DNA of 64,000 nt from Lepidodermella squamata (lineage: Eukaryota; Animalia; Gastrotricha), in NCBI GenBank assembly GCA_047495785.1, contig JBLDXI010000021.1, positions 310,001 to 374,000 of the forward strand. The letters are read 5' to 3'. The translations under genes were made by a program, and so were the position numbers. Positions 23,885 through 37,400 of the stretch are shown piece by piece (position 1 is the first letter of the stretch; each line of letters starts with the position of its first letter). The notes beneath the pieces are model-generated. The model searched no databases, had not been told where the DNA came from, and saw only the letters and a list, made by a program, of their open reading frames with translations.

Positions 23885-24317
23885 CGTCGACCGCCGGGCC
23901 GCTATCTTCTATTAAACTATTCGCATAATTTAGAAAAAAATGATCTAGCATCCAAGTCGAGAAAACATTTTTACGCCGACGCCCTCCGGTAGCACAACAA
24001 TATAGATGCGTGTGATCGAAAGATAAACCGTAGCTAACTATAAGTTTAACTAGTAGTTGGGCTATCTCTCACATACAACGTAACAACCTCTTCTCTACTC
24101 GCGCCTCGTTGCCAAAAAAATGGGTCCCTATTACCAAGGAAAGCCTGGGATTCCTCGCATGAATCAGGTAGCCAGTTGTTTTTCAACTCGTCGTAGCTTT
24201 CAAAAATTGTGTTAATCGAGTTGGCAAGGGTCGAAAATGCTCTTGCTTCGTTGTTAATCAAAAATGTACCGCTTGTCGTTGCAAAAATTGCGAAAACAAA
24301 TAGTTGGCTCCTATTTA

Positions 24318-24460
24318 CGGCTTGTATTTACTTGGTCTACACACGCCCTAATTTTGGTCTACACGCGCACTCATTTTGGTCGACGCGCGCGCATATTGGT
24401 CTACAAGTGCGCGCGCGGTTGGTCTACAAAGTGGTCAATCTGGTCGACGCACAAAATTTC
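24318..24460. repeat. Array of TGGTCTAC motifs, inverted relative to 22228-22400
   Basis: Repeated tggtctac/tggtcgac; its reverse complement resembles the 22.2-kb array (gaccagatt...ttgtagacca). Confidence 0.6.
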
Positions 24461-24559
24461 CCTCCTCAAAAATCGAGATATAAAAGAAAGTTGTGAGAAA
24501 ATATGGAAAGCTACAGGTTTGGACACTTTGATTGAACGCCGTCTTCAATGAGAACTCGG

Positions 24560-26030
24560 AAGATAATATTTTCGGCCGAACTTTTTCAAAATGAAATTGA
24601 GATGGAAGTGGTGTAACTCTAGCAGGTGATGCCGATGACATGGAAACAAATACAAGAGTATAAGCATGTACGAAAATTCTATGAGTAAATTCGTAAAATT
24701 CGCCAAATATGGCCAGCCATTTTCTTAAATTTCTCAATCGTCGCATTTGTCGGTGGTACTTTCGTCGTTGTTTTCCGCAAATGATCACTGCCCATTTGGC
24801 TTTTGGCTAGATTCCAGCAACTGAATCGCCCCAACAAAAAATCTAGGCAACAATGTTTCCATCAACCGGACGAAATGGCGGAGTTGTTCCACCGTGCCAA
24901 CTGCCAAATAACGGCCGGCAAGATTCGCCTTGGCACGTTCCAGAGCCCATGGATTTCGAGATCTTTAGGTCCTCCTGCTTTAAATTATGCAGAGCTTGCC
25001 CGATGTAGAAAGCTTGGCGAAGCTTCATCTCGCATTTCAAAAGCCTATATAAATTGGATAGACCAGTGGTTCTCAAACTATTTTCGCTCCCGGTCAAAAA
25101 TGGCGGCCGGCTGGCGACCTTTCCGGCCGCATTGCCTCTTGAACCCTCAACGGTCGCTTGTAATGATAAAATAGGACATTCCCGGCCGCACGCCTCTATA
25201 ATCGAGAATTGAAGTTTGAGTAGTGGTTCTTGACTGAATTTTTACGCGACCCCTGATTGGTCATTCAACTGAAGTCGCTACCCAACACTCTCAAAAAGTC
25301 AAAAAGTGAAAGAAATATTTTGGCCAATTAATATTTGGCCTCCTAACTCCAAACATTTGTATTAATTAACCTTTGCGAGCGAAAGCGAGCTTTAGCTAAC
25401 AATATTTTTCCATAATTATTGCTGAAAATGGGCTAAAAATGCAAAGGAGTGTTTCTTGAGGCGGTGGTTCCTATTTATTGCTTATAAAAGTCAAATATCA
25501 TATAAATTGTCGAAATTCGAATCAAAATATTGAAAGATTTTAAAGTGAATCAGCGAGCAAAGCGAGAAACTTTTAAGAAAACTGTGGCTATTAATAATTT
25601 CGGATACGTCGAATTTTGCTGGAAATGTGCACAAATTATGTGAAACCCTGGACTATTCCCCTCGAAATAAGAGCCGTCCGGCCGCACGCAATGCAAGAGA
25701 TAGGCGGACCCCTGTCAGCCGCCAAACTGGGCCTCGCCGGCCGCATGCGGCCGGAAAAACGGGGTTTGGGATAGACGCATCACTGAGTACTATGTATTCT
25801 CGACAAGCACATTCAGGTCTTCAAGAGTAGGCAGACACCTCTACAATTTTTATCAATAAAATCCAAAAATATTTGAAGAGGTAAACAAATATTGATCGTC
25901 ATTAGGTGCCAACCGTAACTCATCGTCCCGGTTTTTGTTTTATGTGTTTTAAATCGTAGTTGAATAAGTTATGCAACGTACTTCCGTCTTTATTATGATA
26001 CATATACTTTTCCATGATCACGTCGGTAGA
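24560..26030 (-). pseudogene. Decayed heparan-sulfate 2-O-/uronyl 2-sulfotransferase (HS2ST/UST family) pseudogene
   Basis: Hand translation across frameshifts: WALERAKANLAGRYLAVGTVEQLRHFVRLMETLLPRFFVGA / HLRKTTTKVPPTNATIEKF / EFYEF...SQFHFEKVRPK. Matches recalled HS2ST WALEQAKYNL...LPRFFRGA...HLRKTTEKKLPTKETIAKL...EFYEF...QNFFYEKIYPK. Weaker upstream pieces (KDGST..N..YDL; EMKLRQAFYIGQ) flank the hAT MITE. Confidence 0.75.
25064..25768. mobile_element. hAT-type non-autonomous element with truncated right TIR
   Basis: Starts CAGTGGTTCTCAAAC; internal gcggcc/ggccgc motifs; 8-bp direct repeat GGATAGAC at 25056-25063 and 25769-25776; right end retains only ...GTTTG. Confidence 0.7.
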
Positions 26031-26682
26031 TGCAAATTTGTCGTTGGTTGACGGCGCTATACTTGCGAAAAAGTTGTCTCTTGTTCGTTTTATTTGTGTC
26101 AAACAACAACTCTCTTATGATGAGAAGAGCATAACAATTATACGTGTTCATTTTATTACTTTGAAATAAAAAATGTTCAAAATCCAATCTAACTGTTGTT
26201 ACCAAGTGAACTGCATAAATCATTAAGGTAGCTGAGCAGTGATGAAAAAAACGGCGCAATTACTGAGGGCGTGGCGAAATCAACACGTCAATCTTCAGCG
26301 TAGTAATACGCTGTCGCTTTCGCATTATTAAGAGAGAAAACCAGAGATTTTATGCAAACAATTAGCGATTTTTCGCGCATGACGCATTGAGGAAAGTTTC
26401 AAGGTTTATATTTGCTGGTATTTTACTGTTGGTTTTTTAGTATAATATCACGTCAGCTGATTTTTGAATGTAGCTAGTGATTATTCAACCGTGACGGCAA
26501 AAGGTGCAATTGCGCTGAGGCAGTATTCAAAATCACGTTATTTTACCTACGGCAGTACTGAGCAGAATCAGCACGCTTCCGCTATACCTGGAACTCCGGC
26601 TTGTAGAGATATTTTAAATTTTACCTGATTACATGCGCCTCAAACAGAGATTAGCTTATGCCAGCCTGTTACAGTTCTACTA

Positions 26683-29589
26683 ATGGCGAAATTTGGTGGC
26701 GAAACCTATTGTCTTCTCAGCTTTATCACTCTTCTGTCATTGGTGTTTGCACAAGAGTCTTCGAATGGCTCAGATCAAATAGATCCTTTCGACTTATTTA
26801 GCTACGAACTATTCGGTGGTCGCCCAGTGAACTTTACTTTCTCAGGTACGAATCAGATAAAATTTTTAAGCTGAGGAAATTTTGTCTTTCCGATCAGACC
26901 AGGAGTGGTCTCTCATATTAAATGGAACTTCAGTCGACAAACACTGGAACAACCGCTTCTCCCGTCTTTCTGGTCAAGAGCGAGCCTCGGCAAATTTCAT
27001 GGTCACTAAGAAGGTTTTTAGGTCGAGAAAAGGCTCCGGAGTCATGTGCTAACATTTTTAACCTAATTTCTAGTCTTTGCGCTATCAAGATCTGATGGCA
27101 CCGGCTCTCAATTGGACGATGAAAGCACTGCTTTACATGGGTAGAAATGAGAGCATTTCATCGCGGGAAAGTGCCGAGGATGCAGAATTTTCCCTCATGA
27201 TAGTGGCTAATGATTCTATGAAGCGATGGAACCCAGGGCCAAGTTCAAATCTCGAAAACATGACTGGGATAGGCGTTTATGCAATGAAAAACTTGGCGAG
27301 TTCGAATCGCGTTGTAAGCTCAGAATTCTACCCTTTTTTGTAGAGAAGACGAATTAATTCTCCATTTTTTAGGTTATCACTTTTGTCATCCAAAACACTA
27401 TGTTTCCCTATCTGGTAACGGCCGACGTCGGGATGACCTGTACCATGCATATGAGCTCAGAATTCGCCTCGGAGTATTATCTCCCAATTGCAGTAGCCAA
27501 GTTGGAGAATATCATCGTGGTAAGTGAAAGGACACTCATCCAACTTATATCACAATAAAAATTTTATACAACGCAGATCAAAATTGTACAACAAGATAAG
27601 GCTTGCACTATGCATCTCCACTTGCCACGGCAAGAAAACAATGAATTTCGAACAGCTAATAACGAGGATTCCCTTCACATCGCGTTCGGTGCTAGATTCT
27701 CGCAGAAAGAATGGTTCAACATAATAAGCGCCTCCTTTAGCAGCTCGAATAATTTGACGATACCTGGGATTTCAAACGGGCAAGACAGCGAGGCTGATAT
27801 TCTGGAGGCTTTGCCTGATGACGAGCAGTTGGACGATTATGACCTGGAAGAAGCACTAGCCACTGTTTACAGTGATTGGAATGATTTGCACAACAATTCT
27901 ACTGTTGACACGATTATTCCGGAGAATGAGGACAAACTCATGCCCGTTTTCGATCCGCTTCTCGACGAATATGCCTTGCAATTACCTGCAGCTAATACAG
28001 GTAAATCCGAAACAAAAACTGAAATATTTACCATATTTTCTATTCCAGCTAACTGGGAAACGTTCGGGAAGGCGAAAATAGCCGAAGATGAAAAAAGTTT
28101 CGTTTTAGTGCACGGTACCGGGTTTGGCGCCATGAGGTCTACCGAGGTACGAGTATTGTTTTATTACACAAGAAGAAGCCATATCACAGGTGTTTTCTAG
28201 CCCCTACCTGGAGAGCTTTTTTCTTCAGACGCAAGTTGGCAATATTTCGTGGCTTATCAAGTCAATGTATCCACGGATGATGGCCGTGACGTTATCGCAA
28301 CTGGATTTGCGACCGAAAATTCGATGAAAAAATTTCCTAGTCTGTCACACAGATATTTTTGCTTCTATAATGCCGAAGTTTTTCTCATTTTAGACAACAA
28401 GCCTGACGATCGTCACTACGTTGTTGGCGCCATAGTTGAAGTAATTACATCAACCTATAAATTCGTTGGGACGAGACATGGGGTAAGATAATTCTCGAAA
28501 ATTCTCGAAACTTGAAGAAACGCCGTAATTCTATTTGTTTTCAAGGAAGAGGTCACGTTATATTACGGCCGAAACTCTACCAGTGCGAGATGTACTGAAT
28601 TGACAACATCCGATATTCACAACAGGGTCGTCAGCCTAACTTTCATGATGCATCAGAACATGTTATCTGTTAGCTTTCCATTTATTCTGATTATCTATGA
28701 AAAATAATTTACCAATAGGTCACTTTTACCTCGGTATGGTACCGAGGTCCCGAGCGCTACTCCTGCATAAAGCATCTGTATGTGCCTGATTTTAATGAGG
28801 TAATCAGCGGCTCAGAGCACGAGATGATTATTGGCACTCGAGCTGAACTTATGCTCGACAACAATGGTGCGATCGCTGTAGATTTGCTTAGGATTTCTCG
28901 ACTTATCAAGGGTGAAACTTGTTTTTTTTATGCAATACCTTATTCGAATTGTTGTTTTTGCAGCCCCAGATGACAGCGCTCCAATATTCGCAAATCAGTA
29001 TGAGTCATTCGGAGATGTAAGAGTGCCGCTTTGCCGCGATTTATCATGCGAAATGGATTGTTCTACTTCATGGACAATACCGGCACCAATCACCTTATGG
29101 TACCATCGAAAGACCGACATGTTGGATTCGGACCGGCAGTTGATATCATTTGCTAACGGGCTTGCTCGGATATCAATCGGTCAAGTGATAAATCGAACTT
29201 TGGCCGATGCTGAAACAGACTACGGTGACGAATCGGCTGCGGCGATTTCGATCCAACCTGGCGACACCTTCAACTGCGTTGTTTCAAACGACCTAGGCAT
29301 CATTCAACGGACGTTTGTCGTAACTGAATCCAATGGCCCCGCAAAATGCTGCAAATCTATTATTCGTGGAGAATTGATGGAACAACGAATGGTCATATTT
29401 GTGATTGATCTGGCAATAATTGGATCGCTGGTTATCGCCGGGTTATTAGGCACCAAGTTGGCGCTATTTATTTACCGAAAAGGCAAGCTCGTGTGTTCGA
29501 TACGGCGGCGCAATCAGTTAGCCGCTGATGACAGAGAGTTCATTCTGCCGATGGCTAACGACAACGAAGCAGACATGGAGAACCTATAG
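26683..29589 (+). CDS. Orphan multi-exon (~10 exons) type I membrane glycoprotein with a membrane-proximal Ig-like module
   Basis: Signal peptide MAKF...LLSLVFAQ; chain of in-frame exons split by ~50-60 nt introns; many NxS/T sequons; C...ITLWY...DTFNCVVSNDLG Ig-like signature; TM (MVIFVIDLAIIGSLVIAGLLGTKLALFIY) followed by RKGK and a short tail. One or two internal junctions uncertain. Confidence 0.7.
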
Positions 29590-29959
29590 TTCCACTTAAA
29601 ATTCGTGATCCACTTTGAAAGAACGTGATATTTAGTCCGCGTATTACGCAAAATAAATTTACGCCAAGTTGAGATCTTTAATTAAGATTCAGCCCATGGG
29701 TTGCATGGGTTATGAGAGCTGGAAAATTATAAAAACCAAAGCTCATATCAAGGATTTCAGGTTTTTGACGATTGATTTTCGTCAGGTTTAGCCGATATTC
29801 GATTCGTAGTTTTGAAAAACCATCGATAGCTGTTGAGCTTTGGTCCCCCCATTCTGTGATAAGTAGGTACATGCTATGTGTGACAGACCACGTGCGAGCA
29901 AGACGCTCCTTCAAAATTGAAAAGATCATCTCAAAACTAATACAATGTTACCGTTTACT

Positions 29960-30753
29960 AATTGCGCGTGAGCTGCTAGAGGCGATGAATGGGTAGACTG
30001 ATTTTCACTGGAAGCGGCATCCGGCAAAACTGGACACGAAAACTGTTGTTTAAGGAACAGATTGAATCTATTCGCAATCGAGCTCGGCGTGGTCTTTACG
30101 CGCTGAGACTTGCAGCAAAATATTTGGATAGGAAAACCCTGGCAATGATGGCAAATGTTGTAGTCTTCAGCTACTTGGGCTGTGCCGACAATGTCATTGC
30201 GCAGTCCGCCGACTCGAACCTGATACCGATCCAACGCATTCAAGATATGGCTGTTCGAACAATAATGAAGGCTCCGAAGAGCGCTGATGCAGATGAGTTA
30301 AGGAAAAAACTGAATTGGTTACCTATGCGAGGCAAACGCGATGTGCACCTGGCGACATTGGTGTGGCGATGTGTGAATGGCGAAGCCCCAGAAAGTCTTG
30401 TGAGTCTGTTCTCTCGCAAGATGTTTGACCCTACGCAAAAAATGATGCGTAGTCAGTTCACACAAGCGCTCGTTGTCCCTAATTTAACATCGGCACAGGG
30501 TCAAAAGACTTTGGCGTATCGAGGGGCAATACTATTCAACAATCTGTCTACTGATGCACAAATTGCTAATCCCTGGAACTCCTGAAAAACCATTCGCTTT
30601 TTCTAATAATTCAAAAATCATAAAATAATTCACCGGAAACCTGAAACGGAACTGATACTATCATGGCACTCTGACTCCTCTACTGCGGCTGGACTTTCTT
30701 TTTCACTATCGAGCTTCCTTCCTGGATATCATGCTCATTAAATAAATAAATAA
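29960..30753 (+). mobile_element. 5'-truncated non-LTR retrotransposon (L2/Crack/CR1-group-like) ORF2 C-terminus plus 3' tail
   Basis: Post-RT signature 'IQRIQDMAVRTI...LRKKLNWLPM..RDVHLATLVWRCVNGEAPESL...RSQ...LAYRGAILFNNLS'; ends in a (TAAA)n tail at ~30739-30753. Confidence 0.75.
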
Positions 30754-33700
30754 GAATACTTCATATAAGCGCCCGAATGGCGATGTCTTGTACTTTTCAG
30801 AAAGCTCCCCGTACAAAGCTCTTCGTGAAATTGCGGGCAACCGCCAGCAGGCCTGTTGATCGCACGTGAAACATGACGTGAAAGGGCCGAAGCGCGGTGG
30901 TTGACTCCCATCATCACATGTGTCCAGCGGAAGATTGTGTGCATCAATATATTCATTTCAATAATTTGAATAATTTGAAATGGCCGCCCTAGCAACGCTT
31001 ACAAGGTTCAAGGTTACCAATTTATTGTAGGTGGAAATTGATTTAAAATTAATTGTGGCCAATTTTATGTGAATAGCATTTTATTCACCTTCACATCATT
31101 CAGACCCGCGCTAAACAATATGTGAGCGGCGAAACTAAAAATTCGGCGTAACGGCGGCATTAGGCCCTGTTCAAGGATATTTTTGCCCAGGCATAAACAT
31201 GCACCAAAAATAAAATTAAAACTGAAAATACATTGTTGTACAATATTTAAAGTGTTTTGCGGCGATAATTTTGCTGCATGCGAATTTAGCCTGTTGCTAT
31301 AATGGTTGCGAGGTTTTAGCGTCGTTTTAGTGGCTTTGTGGGCTTTTTCGAGAAACAGTCACGCTTCGCCTGTTTCTTTCCTGATAGCGCTGGCAGTCTT
31401 GCAAGGTCTGTAGTCGATTCCGGGTGCATTCAGCGAGTCATGCCATGCATTCTGGTGTTAAAATTGGCTAGTTAGTGTTGCCTAGCGGCTTGAGGTTAGC
31501 GCGGTAACCCCATTTATGGGATCTTCCGGGGCCTGGTGGCCGATCTAGACCTAGGCTGCTTTCCAACTCGCTATTTAAATCATTTCTGCTGCATCAAACC
31601 ACTGGAATCATCGATATTCACCAATAAATCAACACCAACAAGTTATACGCTCAATATTTTATTCAAAAACTCTTACAGAACTTCAATTTCCTGTCACTTA
31701 AAACAGGCAGTCACAAATAATAATAATTATTATTACAAAATTGAATGAGCAATCCAATCGAATTGTTTCATGCAGTTTGTAATATTAGCGTCAATCTTGA
31801 AAAGAATCCAATTGCAGTCAAGCAGATAAGTGTTCCGTTAAACGTCATTGATGATTATCGATCACTCAGGAACCAATCGTTCGTAGCTGCTTGAAAAAAT
31901 GGGCTTAATTTGCACGTAATGGAAGCCACAGGCACGAACTTGCATGCAAGCTCGTTCAAGAGCGACCCAGTAATGCTCCGGCACAGACCCTTCAGTTGAA
32001 GACCGGCCGCAGAATACCATTTTGAGCGAAATTGAGGAAGTTTGAAACTCGATGATTTTCGTCAGCACTGAATGTAGAATGACCACTTAAGAGATTAGAT
32101 AATGCAAGCATGCTTAAGCGGCAGTTGTTGGCCATTGATAGCGCGATTCGTCAGCCGAGATGACCATTTAAAGACTTGATTGAGAAAATCGAAATAGCTT
32201 CGTCGAAGGCCGATAATTGTCGGCATCTTTAATCAAACAATTCTATGTAATTCAAGAGGACACCATTATGAGCAGTTAAATAAGTGATAAGACTTTTTGT
32301 TAGAAGAATTGAAACATAGGTGGCTAAGCTAAGCTAAGCTAAGAGACGAGCTAAGCAAAGCTCAGAGCTCATCCGACACATGATCCTGAGCAGTTACAGT
32401 GCAATTTTATACCAGCAGACTTCATATATTAGGCCCACAACATCATTATTGATACAATAATTAATAAACCACGTTGACGTAACTCGCGTAGATCGTCAAT
32501 CATCAATAACTGAGAGACTATCGATTAACACTTAAATCAAAGATTTGAAGTGAAACTCGACAACGGAAATGTAACGAGAAATCCAAATTCAATCTTGATT
32601 AGCGAAACAAGAAAGCCTGCGGATCTAAGAGAATAAATAATGAAAGTCGGTGACTGCAAGCAATCAAATAACTGTCTTTCTTGACTAACTTAGCAAGAGT
32701 CATTGTCAAAATCAAGCATGAAAAATCTTCCAAATGAAATCAATTTTCAAAGTTCTACCACAGCAGTATCCTGTTACTAGCAGTTAGAAAACTACAAGCA
32801 TTCCATGTTTAGCTAATAAGATTCACACCAATGTTCGACAAGAAGATCCAAGAAGATTTACAATAAAATCCCTAAGACGCCCAGGCAATTATCATAGATG
32901 TTGTGGTGATGAATTTATGGGCGAGAAATTGGCCATAATGATGAATTGAATCAAATGAAATGACGAATTGAAGGCATCGAAGAATAACAACCACTTTAAT
33001 CTAGCAATAACAAAGCTTAACACATGAAACAGCTGCATGACGAGTCAATTAAGACAATCAAAAACATGGCTCAAAGCTCAAAGATCAAAATTCATTGTGT
33101 TACATGATTTAAGCTAAAGCTTAAAGCTGAGCGGCGTCCAGGCAAATGAAAGCTAATTAAATAAGAAATAATGACCATGGCATTATACTTGGACGGTGTT
33201 GAGAAGCTGGATGAAAGAAAATGATGTCCATGCTCCAATCTCAAAGTAACTCTGATGGCATAAGTTTCAAGGTGTTAACTCAAAAGTCACTATACTGATT
33301 AGCAGCAATAATAACATGATCAAAGAGGAGCTGAAATACGTATGCTTATTGTTAAGCTGCAGGAACAAGCTGAAAGACAACAGCAAGCCAGAAAATCAGG
33401 CCAAACGGGAGATACACTACATTCAGCACTTCACCACTGTGTAAAACGCGTTGATTGCCAAGAACAAGAAAACACGTGGAGAAACTCAAACAAAACAACT
33501 TCCTTTAATTTATTCTCATTATTTTTGCTCTTAAAGGGCATTTATACTTTTCCAAATTTGATAATTAATTTTTTTCCTATTTTTTAACGCCATAAAATTT
33601 TTAAATATGTCGAGGTCTAAATAGATTTAAATATTTCACTTGCATACACATTGAAAACAACAAACAAAAAAAGCGAGTTGAATTGCACAAGTTGCTTAAA

Positions 33701-34483
33701 ACGAAATTTTTAAGCGCGAGTCATATATCGTTAGCGTCGTTGAATAATGAATAACTCGGATTTAGGCTTGTTTACATCCGTTTCAAGATCACGGGTGACA
33801 AGTAAAAGGCTTTTTAACGTAAACGAAGAGGCGAAGAACAAAAGGCTATTTACTTGTCACCTATCACCTTGAAATGGATTCAAACAAGCCTAAATCCGAG
33901 TTATTCAACGACGCTAACGATATGCGTATAGTCGGCCAGCGAGATGTCCAACTGACGTTGATGTCCATGGCGAATGTTGTCGCTTTGGAGTCTTGGCGAA
34001 TTCGACTGTCTTTTCACGTGGCTTTTTTGCCCGAAATGTCGCCTTCACTGTCCTCGGATTGTGTTGCGCTTCTTTTATGACCGGCGGTGATCGAAACAAC
34101 ATGATTGAGTGTAGAGTGTATCTGAATAGAGATACTTGCAGTGCTTTTTAAGCAAACAATTGGTTGTTACACACTATTTTTGGTTTTGGGAGTGGGGACA
34201 GCCAAGGACAGGGGATAATGGGAAAAGTGGGATTTTCCACTAAAACCGCCTATAAATGACAATACAACATACAACGGGCTTTTCCGGACGTTACTTTAAT
34301 TATGGCTGTAATACTCGGTTGTTAAATTGTATTATATGTAACATGCTTAAAGACACCATTGATATTTGTGAAATTCCCCTTATAACCTCAACGCTCTTGC
34401 GATGTTAGTGGTGATATTAACTATTACTCTGGCTTGACATTGTTTTCTTGCTCTCCAATAACTTCTATAAAATTTCATTTTAG

Positions 34484-37400
34484 ATGGCTCCGATTTTGAC
34501 TTTTGTTATATTTCTATCGGTTCCCTTTCTGTCGGAGTCTTTCAAGACTTCATTCAGTCACGTTGTCCTCACCAAGAAACTTCCGCAGAAAACGTCAAAC
34601 ATAACAATTGGAGGAATTTTCCCTATGAGTGGCAATTGGGCTGGCGGTATCGGCTGCTTTCCGGCTACTCTTAAGGCGTTGGAAGATGTTAATATGAATT
34701 CCTCTGTTCTCCCGAATCACTACCTAATTTTGCATTCAAACGACAGCAAGGTTGGCATTGTTTTTCATTTTAATCATTTCTTTTAGCTATTCATGCATTT
34801 CCTTGAATTTAGTGTGAGCCTGGGCTCGGTACCAACGCCTTGTTTGACCTTATTCGCCAGCCGCCAACAAAGCTGATGATTCTAGGTCCCGGTTGTAGCA
34901 CCGTGTCTACCTTTGTTGCCGAAGCCGCGAAGATGTGGAACCTAGTTGTGGTTTGTCTTGATGAAACAGCAATGATTCAAATGATTAATTTTTCATGGAA
35001 ATTTCAGCTGTCATATGGATCAAGCTCTCCAGCGTTGTCTAACAGAAAGCGCTTCCCAACGTTTTTTCGAACGCATCCCTCTGCCACGTTAGAAAACCCG
35101 GCTCGCATTAAGCTGATCAAAGAATTTAATTGGACTCATATTTCCGTCGTCCAACAAATTGAAGAAGTCTTCACAACGGTAAATATTATTGGATGGCTTG
35201 ATGAATTCCATTCTATTTTGATTTTTGTTGGTAAATGCAGACTGCGGAAAATCTTGAGCTGCTTGCTCGTCAGAACAATGTTTCTATTGTCACACGGCAA
35301 AACTTTTTGACCGATCCAGTTGATGCAGTTCGAAATCTCAAGGTCTGTCCCTTTCATCAAGAAAATCTCTATTTAATGCTACTATCTTCTAACTTGCAGA
35401 AACATGATGCAAGGATAATCATTGGGTTATTTTATGAGAATATGGCCAGAGCTGTATTGTGCGCGGCATACAAGGAGGGTCTGACTACATCGAAACACAT
35501 TTGGTTTCTGATTGGTTGGTACGCACATAATTGGTACAAAGACGAATCAGCAGTCTCAGTCAGCAACTCTACCAACTGCACGGTGGCTGAGATGAAAGCT
35601 GCTGCTGAGGGGCATTTTACCGTCGAACCTGTCTTTTTGGATCGATTCGGAGGTGCCATTATATCTGGAATTACGGTAGAGAAATTCGAAGATTTTTTAC
35701 ATCGGGCTGTCAAACCAACTGATCCCGGCTACGTGGAAGCTCCTCTCGCCTATGACGCAGTATGGGCAATGGCTTTAGCCATCAATTCGACAATAGCTAA
35801 TCTGCAGCGAAAAGGGATGAAAATTGAGGAGTTCAGCTATACTAACACTGCGATAATGAATGAACTAAAATCCTCAATGGAAACAACGAACTTTCAGGGT
35901 CTTTCCAGCTATGTAGCTTTTTCAACTGCCGGCGATCGTATAGCGAAAATCGTGATTGAACAACTTCAGAATGACGCCTATGTGACGGTGGGCTACTATG
36001 ACTCGCAATCTGATCAGTTATTAACCGCTCGTCACGGTGGTGCAAATGCTAGCAGGTATGGATTGGTCAGTTACCGATTTTACGAAAAATCTGGCCTGCC
36101 GCCGAAAGATCGAAAATTGATCCAGTTTCAATTCTGGTACATATCAACCGCAGTTTTGATCGTAGTTTGGTTCGCTACCTTTCTGCACTGTTGCTGCTCG
36201 ATTGCGTTTTTCGTTGCCGCTCACATTTTATCTGAGCATTTCGTATTTCGATCATCAGTACCGTGGTTGAATGTCATTATTCTGGTCGGTTGTATTATTG
36301 CCAACGTCGGCGTTTGCGTGTGGGGATTGGCGAATTCTTCCTTGACCGAAGGATACGCTGGCCAAGTTTTCCTTCATTTGGGCGCATTTCTTCAAAGTCT
36401 GGGCTTCACTCTCGCAGTCGGTGGAATGTTCTTGAAAACGCTCATGTTGAGGCGGGTAATGCCTCGGGCTTCGATTACAAAGGACCCTCAAACTGGGAAG
36501 GTGACGGTTGAAAAAGCATCTTCTCAAAACGCAAATCAGCTAGTGCTGTCTTGGTATGAAAAATTACTAGCATGTCTCTGTGTTGCCTTCGACGTGATTT
36601 TCCATATAATTTGGCCATCGGTCGATCCTATAACAATGAAAGTGAAAGACCTGCCGAGTGAAGAACGAATGTCAGCAGTTGACGACGACATTTTCATCCG
36701 ACCGCGATTATTCGTCCATGATTCTGACTATCTAACAATCTGGCTCGGCATCTGCTTAGGCCAGAAAAGCATCGTGCTGCTCGTGTCGTCGTTTTTTTCG
36801 TTCGACACTCGAAATTTGAAACATCGTCATATTAATGATTCGAAATTTATTGGTCTGAGTGTTTACAACAACGCAGTTTTTGCCCTGATAACAGTTCCTT
36901 TGACTCTGCTGATAAAAGACAAACCAACTGCGTCGTTTTCGTTCATGTCAGGTGCGATTTTGCTATGCACATGGATAACGTTGGGTTTGATTGCTGTTCC
37001 AAAGATTTTCACGCTATCTCACCGTGGAATGGAAGGCTTATCAGGCGAATCCATGATGTCGCACAGCGATGGCAGTAACCGCGGGTCTTCCATCCGAAAA
37101 TCGCATCATTCGCGAAAAAGCGGCGGGCCAGGTGGCAGTGCAAGTGAGTACGGGTCGGAGGATCCTCACGACGACGGAGATGGCGGCAGTCAAGAAGAGG
37201 CCAAGCTGAAAAAGTTGATGGCTGAAAACGAAGAAATAAAGCAATTGATCTCAGAAAAGGAGAATCGTCTCGCTGAATTACGCGAACAGCTACTTGCTAG
37301 ATTGCAGAGTGAGTTATTGCGATCGAATCCTATCGTGGAAACGGCTGCGGTTTCCGGGCAAGAACAGGGTTGCTCGACAGCCGAGGCTTTTATAGTCGGG

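Noticed and set aside
22228-24460. Regularly spaced short repeats (GTAGACCA, TGCACAAA, GACAAAACAGC) superficially like CRISPR arrays
   Set aside because: Repeat units are only 8-11 bp, degenerate, and arranged as inverted arms, some with TSDs; eukaryotic context and no cas genes. They are transposon terminal repeats.
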